From positions 385,008 through 449,007 of the forward strand of contig JAVLKG010000003.1 in assembly GCA_032128875.1 (NCBI GenBank): a stretch of DNA of 64,000 nt, written 5' to 3'. Positions 10,744-18,289 of the stretch are shown piece by piece. This DNA comes from Candidatus Melainabacteria bacterium 17Bon1m. GTDB lineage: Bacteria > Cyanobacteriota > Vampirovibrionia > Obscuribacterales > Obscuribacteraceae. A program made the position numbers and the translations under genes. Below the pieces are notes generated by a model. The model saw nothing but the letters and a program-made list of their open reading frames with translations. It did no database searches and was not told where the DNA came from. Numbering within the stretch: position 1 is the stretch's first letter; each line of letters starts with the position of its first letter.

Positions 10744-11739
10744 ATGAAAAAGGCAAATCAGTCGCTCAGGCAGCTCATTTCTAGGTCGCTTTCGCTGGGA
10801 CTCTGTCTTGGTGTTTCGCTTAGTCTTTGTAGTGCGGCTTTTGCACAGGTGGGTCCCGGCGATGGCAGTCCAAATAATGCCGAGCTGGAGAAGCTGGAGA
10901 ATAAGATGTTCTCCCGTCTCTATCCCAATGACCCTCCCGAAAAAAGAGTAGAAAGACTCGAGCTCTTAGTTTTCGGAGCCACACAGGCAGGCGATCTCGA
11001 TGACCGTTGGGCGAGGATCAGTAAAGCAGTAAAAGACAGGCAAAATCCCGAATCAACGGTCGTGCAGCCGAAATCCGGTGATTCTCCCGGCAAGCCGAGC
11101 GCTAGTGCAGCGCCCTTGAAAGGTAACTACCCTGCAGTAGATTCACTCGAGTGGCGTGTTTTGAAAAAGACTTTTAAGGCAGAGCCTATCAGTGAGAGGC
11201 TTTCCAGGCTGGAGACGAAATTGCTTGGGCAGGCCAGCCCCGGGATGGCGCTCTTTGACAGAGTCGAGCGCTTGAAGAAAATCGGCGCATCAGTCGCTGC
11301 AGGCAGTCAGCCAGCCAATCCAGGGACAGCGTTAGTGCCACCGGGGATGCTCGGACCAATGCCAAAAGCTTATCCGCGTGGAAATCCCTTTTCTTTTGCT
11401 GACCCATCAGACCCGTCCATGCCCGGCCCGTTTTCGATGCAGCCGTTTCCCATGCAGCCTTTCGCCGGAACCGAAGACCTGTCTTCCATCAATCGCCTGA
11501 TGTCTGAAATGTTCTCTCAAATGAATCGCCAGATGCGTGACTTGAAGAGCATGCCGCCCGGTGTCTATCAATACAAGATAGAACCAGGCGCTCCCGGCTC
11601 TATGGGTATTACTCCTTTTAAGATTCAGCCCGGCAAACCCGGACAGGGCGGTCAAATTAGCCCATTCCAGCCCTTGGCGCCTAAGAAGCCGGCCGTTCAA
11701 GACAGCTTGCCACCTTACGCCGATCCGAATTCCATCTAA
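10744..11739 (+). CDS. Exported hypothetical protein with two helical repeats and a Pro/Met-rich tail
   Basis: Signal peptide ending AFA-Q; repeats LEKLENKMF...ERLELLVFG and VDSLEWRVL...SRLETKLLG. Confidence 0.75.
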   Translation: MKKANQSLRQLISRSLSLGLCLGVSLSLCSAAFAQVGPGDGSPNNAELEKLENKMFSRLYPNDPPEKRVERLELLVFGATQAGDLDDRWARISKAVKDRQNPESTVVQPKSGDSPGKPSASAAPLKGNYPAVDSLEWRVLKKTFKAEPISERLSRLETKLLGQASPGMALFDRVERLKKIGASVAAGSQPANPGTALVPPGMLGPMPKAYPRGNPFSFADPSDPSMPGPFSMQPFPMQPFAGTEDLSSINRLMSEMFSQMNRQMRDLKSMPPGVYQYKIEPGAPGSMGITPFKIQPGKPGQGGQISPFQPLAPKKPAVQDSLPPYADPNSI

Positions 11740-11831
11740 GTTACACTCTGCTTGACATTAACCGTCTCTAGCTTGTTTGCCTTGATTATTCACTAAAATA
11801 GTCAAGTGCTATTGGTCGGGAGAGGTAAATT

Positions 11832-13028
11832 TTGCCCGCGACAGTCGAGACGGTAAAGACGCCTGAAATAAAACCAGGCGGACCATCTACCGGTTCAGCG
11901 AATGAGAGATCGAGCAAACGCAGGGGTGTTGTAACCCGTGTGCTATGGTCGCTCGCCCTTTTCGGCGCCATAAATGCGGGACTTTGGACCTTTGTCGGCG
12001 ATGGTAAGAAAAGTTCTAGCGACGCCAACTGTTGGAATAGCGGCGCGTCAGTAGAAGAAACGATCAGAGGCTTTGAAGCACTGAAGGAAAAGCCGGATGT
12101 TATCCTGCTTGGCTCTTCACTCGTGATGTTTCCCTTCTGGGCAATGGATGCTGCTGAGAAGAAAAACATCGACGACATCTTTCATTATCACGGTTCTGAG
12201 GCTTTGAAAAAACAACTCAAAGCAGCAGGATGTGGACAGGAAAACATTTATAGCCTGGCAGTGTTCGGGCAAATGGCTTCTGATGCCTATTTGATGACGA
12301 GCGAGTTCGTTAAAGGCGATAAAACTCCGAAGGTCATCATATACGGTATCGCACCAAGAGACTTCCACGACCACAGTCTGTCATCTCCGATGGCGACTTT
12401 CTCGTTTCAGAAGATCGTCAACCTCTCCAATTTCCCAAATTACGCAAGTGCGTTTTTGCCAGACTTTGAGAAGAAGGCAGATTGGCTTGCCATGCACCTT
12501 TGCTATTTCTATGGCAAGAGATGGCGCCTGCAAATGGAAACAGATAAAGCAATCAACAAAGTTTATTCAACCCTCGGAATTGCAAATCCTCTCGATTCGA
12601 CTGCCACCAAATCTGATACCGCAACGCAAGGTGGCGGATTCAACTTGGAAGGTTCGACAGAAGATCGCTGGAACAATAGCGTAAAGGAATACCAAGGCCG
12701 CTACAAGGAAATCACGGAGAAAGACCACTCGTTGCAAATGAGTTTTCTTGCTCGCACGCTGAAAAACTTGCGTGAGCGCGGTGTGAAAATTGTTCTGGTC
12801 AACATGCCTCTGACGAAGAGAAACCTCGAGATTCTCCCGCAAGGATTTTATGCGAGCTACCAAAAAGAAATCGCGAAAGTTGCCGATATGCCAGGCGTGA
12901 AGCTCGTTGATTTGGGCGATAGCAAAGACTTTGACGACAATGACTATTGGGATACGACACACTTGAATCATGTCGGGGGACACAAGTTGTTGAATCACGT
13001 AGTCCCAGCGGTCAAAGAATTACTGTAG
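11832..13028 (+). CDS. Membrane-anchored SGNH/GDSL-like protein (DUF1574/DltD-like)
   Basis: N-terminal TM helix, VILLGSS nucleophile block and C-terminal DTTHLN (DxxH). Start codon uncertain. Confidence 0.7.
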   Translation: MPATVETVKTPEIKPGGPSTGSANERSSKRRGVVTRVLWSLALFGAINAGLWTFVGDGKKSSSDANCWNSGASVEETIRGFEALKEKPDVILLGSSLVMFPFWAMDAAEKKNIDDIFHYHGSEALKKQLKAAGCGQENIYSLAVFGQMASDAYLMTSEFVKGDKTPKVIIYGIAPRDFHDHSLSSPMATFSFQKIVNLSNFPNYASAFLPDFEKKADWLAMHLCYFYGKRWRLQMETDKAINKVYSTLGIANPLDSTATKSDTATQGGGFNLEGSTEDRWNNSVKEYQGRYKEITEKDHSLQMSFLARTLKNLRERGVKIVLVNMPLTKRNLEILPQGFYASYQKEIAKVADMPGVKLVDLGDSKDFDDNDYWDTTHLNHVGGHKLLNHVVPAVKELL

Positions 13029-13049
13029 GGTCGACGCCATGCGTCGACC
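13025..13049 (+). repeat. GTAG-type REP palindrome
   Basis: GTAG-GGTCGACGC-CAT-GCGTCGACC; its TAG is the stop codon of the upstream gene. Confidence 0.8.
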
Positions 13050-13063
13050 GCTTTTATTCTGTT

Positions 13064-13762
13064 CTAGTACGCGCGATATCTAAACATTGCTGGACGAAAG
13101 GCGTTTGTCTTGCGCATGGGCTCGCGTAAGAATACCGAGTCTTTTTTGCGAGAGATAGAAGAAACACCCGAATGATCGAAGACGATCTTGTCGCCATTGT
13201 TGAAGACGATAGTGGTGATGCCTGAAAATTCAATGGCTTGTGCGATCACTTCGCCGCCTCTGTCCAAGCCAAATGTGGAAGTGTCGCCGTCGGGTCCAAA
13301 CTGCCTTGTGATCGGATTTCCTTTGCCGTCTTCCATAATCCAACCAAGTGTCTTGTAGATGATCAGCCTATCTTTGTTCTTCATCTCGAGAATTTCTTGA
13401 TCGGGCAACTGTCTGAGCGTGTCGCCTGTCTTCAATCTCTCTGTGTGTCTTTGAGAATCCTCTTCATCGGATTCTTCTTCCGATTCGATCTTTTCACCGT
13501 CGATAGTCGTTGCTGTCCTTTCGTCGAAAGCAAATGATGCACTTAAGCCAAAGCGCGATTGTCCCGGCATTTGAAAGCTTGTGCGCAGGTTGCGCGGCAT
13601 GCCGCCGCCACCGTAATAACCAAGTCCTCGGGTCGTCGGTATGTACGACGAGCGCAAATTGTCCAGAAAAGCAGCAGACTGTTCTTCTGTGCCAGGCAAT
13701 TGTTCAGTCCCTTCGTTGGAGCTGAATGTCTCGTTAGCGTCGTCTTCTTGCGGGTCAGCCAT
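13064..13762 (-). CDS. Hypothetical protein (acidic N-terminus, beta-rich C-terminal half)
   Basis: 232-aa ORF with ATG start that fills the gap between neighbours; no recognisable family. Confidence 0.7.
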   Translation of the reverse strand: MADPQEDDANETFSSNEGTEQLPGTEEQSAAFLDNLRSSYIPTTRGLGYYGGGGMPRNLRTSFQMPGQSRFGLSASFAFDERTATTIDGEKIESEEESDEEDSQRHTERLKTGDTLRQLPDQEILEMKNKDRLIIYKTLGWIMEDGKGNPITRQFGPDGDTSTFGLDRGGEVIAQAIEFSGITTIVFNNGDKIVFDHSGVSSISRKKDSVFLREPMRKTNAFRPAMFRYRAY

Positions 13763-13951
13763 GTTTTGACCTGTGCAGTAGAGCTTATCGGTGAAGGAGC
13801 TAATTAAGAGAATTAGCAGTTAGAAACAGGCGTGCGCACGTGCTGTAAATCTCGGCAGCAGTTCTCTTAATATACACCTTATCGCCTTTCGGCGGGCATA
13901 GGACTCTTACACCATAAGGTGAAAGTCGCACCAGTAGCCGTCTTGTAAAGA

Positions 13952-14803
13952 TTATTGCTCTCTCAGGCTGACTGAAAGAATCTTGTCGCCTTTCTGAATT
14001 CTCTGGACGACGTCCAAACCATTGATCACGCCCCCGAATATCGAATACTGGTGATCGAGGCGCGGCTGTGGCTGCAGCGTGATGTAAAATTGGCAGCTGG
14101 CGGAATTGGGATTTTTCGGAAAGCGAGCCATCGCCACGACTCCAGGCGCATTGTGACTGAGCTGAGTGGTGGTTTCGAGTGGCAACATCTTCGGCTTGCC
14201 CGTCTTCGGATCGCTGTAAAGGCCGGAGCCGTCACCATTCGGACAGCCTCCTTGAATGACGAAGCCTGGCTCTACGCGATGGAAAGTCAGTCCGTTATAA
14301 AAACCTGTTTGCACCATCTCCATAAATGCTGCCACCGTCTTTGGTGCCTGTTTGCGGAACAATCTGATCATGATGACGCCTTTCTGTGTTTCTAAAACGC
14401 AGATCGGATCAGGTCTTGTTTCGCTCGATGCTGCCGCGGGCGGTTGTCCGCCTGGGTATACCGGCGGGCGCTGATTGATGGGGAGTCGGGGATGTCCTTG
14501 ATTTGCCGATGCTGGTGGCTGCATTATGCCGGCTTGTGCCGGATTAAATTGAGGCTGCTGCGCGCCACCGCTTCCCTGTCCAGGAGCCGGTGTCTCAGGC
14601 TGTGATGGAGTTGCAGCGGCGGGAGATACGGCAGATGCTGTTGATGTTGCGGCACTGGATGAAGTTTGCGGAGCGCCGGGCGACGGAAAGGTTACATCCG
14701 GCGGAATCATGTCCGGGTTGGTTCTTTCAGCCATGCACGGCAGCCATGCGCAAGCGACCAAGCCGGTCGCGACAGCGGCAGTTAGAAATTTAGCTTTCAA
14801 CAT
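13952..14803 (-). CDS. Exported cyclophilin-type peptidyl-prolyl cis-trans isomerase with Pro/Gln-rich linker
   Basis: FYNGLTFHRVEPGFVIQGG, VAMAR, SASCQFYI and LDHQYSIFG motifs; signal peptide begins at ATG 14803. Confidence 0.93.
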   Translation of the reverse strand: MLKAKFLTAAVATGLVACAWLPCMAERTNPDMIPPDVTFPSPGAPQTSSSAATSTASAVSPAAATPSQPETPAPGQGSGGAQQPQFNPAQAGIMQPPASANQGHPRLPINQRPPVYPGGQPPAAASSETRPDPICVLETQKGVIMIRLFRKQAPKTVAAFMEMVQTGFYNGLTFHRVEPGFVIQGGCPNGDGSGLYSDPKTGKPKMLPLETTTQLSHNAPGVVAMARFPKNPNSASCQFYITLQPQPRLDHQYSIFGGVINGLDVVQRIQKGDKILSVSLREQ

Positions 14804-14885
14804 CCGGTTTATCCTTTTATCCTGCAATGAAAGCGCACAGCTCCGCTTTCCATTCTAAACACTTGTAGCCAAAAAGCGCCTGCAA

Positions 14886-15557
14886 TTACATCTCGAAGTC
14901 TCGGAATACCCTCACTGCAGGATGCAAAGCTAGAAAGGAGGCTGGCAATTGAGATGTTATTTCTCCCGAAAGTGCTTTTGAAAGAGCCGCTTTCTTCTTG
15001 TCACCGCTAGCAATCAGGATAATCTGACGACTGGCGAGAATCGTCTCAATCCCAATTGTTATGGCTCTTGTCGGCACTTTATCTGCTCCGCCGAAAGCGG
15101 CGGCATTAGCTTCCCTCGTCGATTGAGTGAGCCAGTGGCAATGAGTCCAGCTCAGCTGCGGCGTTCCGGGCTCATTAAAGGCGATATGACCGTTTGTTCC
15201 CAACCCCAGAATACACATGTCCAGCCCGCCCTGGTCCGCAATCACTTGGTCGTAATTGTCCTGATTTCTTGGGCTGAAACGGTTTTCAGGCGGCAGATTC
15301 GTATGTTTATAGAGATTTGACTCCAGGAAATAGTGAAACGATTGCTCCTCGTCCACATCCAAGTAGTCATCCAGAGCAAAGCACTTACTTTGCGACCAAT
15401 TCAGCGCCCCCTGCTGGGACCACTCCGAAAGTATCTGATAACACCCTACAGGCGACCGCCCGGTGGGCATCCCGAACCTGCTTTCTGGCTTGATTTTTAG
15501 CTGCCTGGCAATCGCCTCGGCGACATTGAGGCTCATTGCGTCATATAAATTGGACAC
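14886..15557 (-). CDS. nagB: Glucosamine-6-phosphate deaminase
   Basis: GMPTGRSP, FALDDY, LGLGTNGHIAFNEPG, AITIGI and PASFLALH motifs. Start moved to GTG 15557 (AGGA upstream), which removes the overlap with the divergent gene. Confidence 0.88.
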   Translation of the reverse strand: MSNLYDAMSLNVAEAIARQLKIKPESRFGMPTGRSPVGCYQILSEWSQQGALNWSQSKCFALDDYLDVDEEQSFHYFLESNLYKHTNLPPENRFSPRNQDNYDQVIADQGGLDMCILGLGTNGHIAFNEPGTPQLSWTHCHWLTQSTREANAAAFGGADKVPTRAITIGIETILASRQIILIASGDKKKAALSKALSGEITSQLPASFLALHPAVRVFRDFEM

Positions 15558-15664
15558 CTTATATCCTGACTTTTGATTGGATTCCTTGCTCTTCAATATT
15601 AGACTGAGAGCAGGAATTTGCTTCTTGTCGTTAAAATAAAACCAGTACTTAAATTTAGAACCAG

Positions 15665-16600
15665 ATGAACGTGCCGACCCTGCAGAAGTTTCTTCCGACC
15701 TTAATAGCTGTATCCGTTCTGGCGCCATGTATTTCGTATGGTCCGGCAGATGCTCAGGTAGTCAAACGCAAGCTGCCGAAAGCCGGGTTTCAATCCTTGA
15801 TGCGTCCGGGTCCGGGAGCCGCTGGGGTGGGCTATAGCGGTCAGCAGATGGTGCCGGGAAGCTCGCAAGGGGTGCACCTTGTGCCGGGTCTGGACAGAGG
15901 CCCTCGTGCCAGCGCTGGCGATTGGTACGACCCGGGAGAGCCGGATCTCAAAATGCAATGGGTGCGCTGGGAGCCCCGCAAGATGCCGCTCAAAGTCTGG
16001 ATCAGCCCCGGACTCGAATTGCCTGCCTTGCCTTTTCAGGAATTGAAAGCGACTCGCGTGGATACGGTTGCCCAGATGTGTTTTTCCGGTGGAGATGCTA
16101 ATCCGTTTGGGAGTTTGGCGCGCGTAAACGGCTGGTCGGACGAAATGGGTGAAGCTGTTTGTGCCGGTATCGAGATGTGGAAGCCTTTCGAGCAAGAAGG
16201 CCTCTTTTCCTTTGACTTCACAGGGAACCCAAGGGAAGCAAATATTCTTGTGTTCTTTAACGACAACTTCGCTGGTGCCACCGAACCTGGTGGCATATCG
16301 ACCGGCGGGTACACCTGTGCGCAAGCCATTCCTTATGCCAAAATCGCTGAGGCGCTTCAGCAAGGTAAGAATCCTCGCACTCCTCCTGTCGTGATGGAGT
16401 TGTCTCTTGGCGTTAACAGCACACTGGAAAAACTTAAGGCTGCCACTGCTCATGAGTTCGGTCACGCCTTAGGCATTAAGGCACACTCGCCGTACCGAGA
16501 CGACATCATGCATGAAAACCGAGTCGTGGAGCAGTTATCGCAAGCTGACAAAAACACCATTCGTCGCCTTTATCGCTCACGTACCCAATGGGTTCTCTAG
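15665..16600 (+). CDS. Exported matrixin-family (metzincin) zinc metalloprotease
   Basis: HEFGHALGIKAHS zinc motif followed by a DIM Met-turn; signal peptide ending ADA. Confidence 0.88.
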   Translation: MNVPTLQKFLPTLIAVSVLAPCISYGPADAQVVKRKLPKAGFQSLMRPGPGAAGVGYSGQQMVPGSSQGVHLVPGLDRGPRASAGDWYDPGEPDLKMQWVRWEPRKMPLKVWISPGLELPALPFQELKATRVDTVAQMCFSGGDANPFGSLARVNGWSDEMGEAVCAGIEMWKPFEQEGLFSFDFTGNPREANILVFFNDNFAGATEPGGISTGGYTCAQAIPYAKIAEALQQGKNPRTPPVVMELSLGVNSTLEKLKAATAHEFGHALGIKAHSPYRDDIMHENRVVEQLSQADKNTIRRLYRSRTQWVL

Positions 16601-16607
16601 TTCTAAA

Positions 16608-16726
16608 GTAGGGGCGACGCCATTTGTCGACCGCTGCATTGAACGCAGATTTCAACAATTGACGCCATGCGTCGACCGCTTTAATGAACGCGCGTTTCGA
16701 CGGGCGATGCATGGCATCGTACCTAC
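16608..16726. repeat. Cluster of three REP palindromes (two direct, one inverted; BIME/REPIN-like)
   Basis: GTAGGGGCGACGCCATTTGTCGACCGC, TTGACGCCATGCGTCGACCGC and inverted CGGGCGATGCATGGCATCGTACCTAC, between convergent genes. Confidence 0.8.
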
Positions 16727-16820
16727 AAAACCAAGACTATTGAACCACCAAGCCGAAAGGGCAGCATATCTGCCGCCCAGTCAGTTAGCCGTGTTCGGCT
16801 TCCCCAAAATCTGTTGTTAT

Positions 16821-18026
16821 TTAGCGTCCGCGCAGTTGTTGATCCAGAACTTCTGCATTCAGATTTGCATCGAGATATTCTTGGATTTTTTCGTACGATT
16901 CCAATCGCTGCGAAGCCTTCCAAGCGTCGTCACGTACTTGAATGCGCTGTCCCGGATGAATTGAGCGCACCTTGGGATCGTATGTGTTGCGGTCAAAACC
17001 ATTGAGTTGTGCGATGTCGCTAGAGAAATCTACGACATCGTGTTCACTCGGAGTTTGTCCGCTTTCTTTCTTAAGTACACCTCTGGCGATGCGGTCGAAG
17101 CCTTCACCCTTTTGGACTGTGTGCTGAGCGCGATCTTCAATGGATTGCAGGTTCTCTTTGTTCATGCGTCTTGCTTCTTGCAAAACAGTCATGTTGCTTT
17201 CTTCTGTTTTGCACTTTTGCACCACAGCATCTCTCAGGTAGCCGCTATTAGCGTTGGCAGCTGCGTGGATTTCTTCGGAGCTTTCGAAACCGGCACCTTT
17301 AGCGACAGTGTCGTAGTTCAAGATGCCGTCGCAACCCATGTCGTCGCCTTGTCCGCGATGTTCGACGCGGCGCATGTCCGAGCTGCCCCACTTCTTGTAG
17401 AGCGTGTCGATGGCAGCTCTTTCTTCGTCGCTGTATACTTTATCGCCTTTCGCACGGGCTCTGTCATCAGCTTTTCTGGCGTCTTTCAAATCCCAGTAGG
17501 TGACGCCCCACTGTCCGTTGTGGTCTTCTGCCAGTTTGCTAAACAGCTCGCCGTTGTTTGCAAACAGCGGATTTACGATGTCGAGAGAGCGTCTTTGATT
17601 CTCGATTTTCTTCAATGTTGAATCAAGGTCTTTTCCGGAAATCTCATCCTTTTCGCGTGAGCCGATGCCGATGAATCCACCTTCGCGGTTGGACTTCGCA
17701 TGCTTGATGGTCTCGAATTGTTTGAGCGCACTTTCTGCCATGAGCGAGTCAAACTTAGTGTTGGCGCTGTTTGTGATATCTTCCCGCGTGATGCTGCGTC
17801 CGAGTTCTTTATACTTGTCGGCGAGCCAGACAACTGCCATTTTGTCGACTGTTGAGTCGGCAACCGTACCGATGCGACCAGTTTGCCTGTCGCTCATGCT
17901 GCCTCTGATTGCGCAGCCTGCCGAATTCTCATAGTCTTCTCTAAAGCGGGAGTAGGCTTCAAATGCAGGAGTTGTGACCTCTACGCTGAGGGGTTCGAAC
18001 GATTTCGATTCAATTTCTCGTGCCAT
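16821..18026 (-). CDS. Hypothetical protein with C-terminal extended LysM-like domain and no signal peptide
   Basis: HTVQKGEGFDRIAR...IAQLNG...SIHPGQRIQV matches the LysM start and end motifs with an inserted helix; GGAG RBS. Confidence 0.7.
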   Translation of the reverse strand: MAREIESKSFEPLSVEVTTPAFEAYSRFREDYENSAGCAIRGSMSDRQTGRIGTVADSTVDKMAVVWLADKYKELGRSITREDITNSANTKFDSLMAESALKQFETIKHAKSNREGGFIGIGSREKDEISGKDLDSTLKKIENQRRSLDIVNPLFANNGELFSKLAEDHNGQWGVTYWDLKDARKADDRARAKGDKVYSDEERAAIDTLYKKWGSSDMRRVEHRGQGDDMGCDGILNYDTVAKGAGFESSEEIHAAANANSGYLRDAVVQKCKTEESNMTVLQEARRMNKENLQSIEDRAQHTVQKGEGFDRIARGVLKKESGQTPSEHDVVDFSSDIAQLNGFDRNTYDPKVRSIHPGQRIQVRDDAWKASQRLESYEKIQEYLDANLNAEVLDQQLRGR

Positions 18027-18289
18027 TTTTGATTCTCCGTTAGAAGCTTAATTAGTTGTCCAACCCTGCCACCGCCAACCTTCGTTGGTGTACTCGTATG
18101 CGAACCGGGGGTTCGACATCAAAGGTACGATTCCAATGTGTTAGCAACGTGGCAGTCGTGGGAAAACTACGCACCCGTGCGCTTCCTTGGTCTTCGCGCA
18201 TGGGAGTGCAAGCCTTCCGTGCCAACCTGAGTGAGGGATTGCTTAGAGAATAGACTTCAATTTGGAAATTTGTCGGGAGCTAGCTTTGC

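Noticed and set aside
15558-15728. N-terminal extension of nagB overlapping the metalloprotease gene
   Set aside because: NagB similarity starts near 15557, where a GTG with an RBS exists; the extension crosses an AT-rich divergent promoter region.
18207-18225. Sigma54-like promoter TTGGCACG...TTGCA on the minus strand
   Set aside because: GG-to-GC spacing is 12 nt instead of the required 10.
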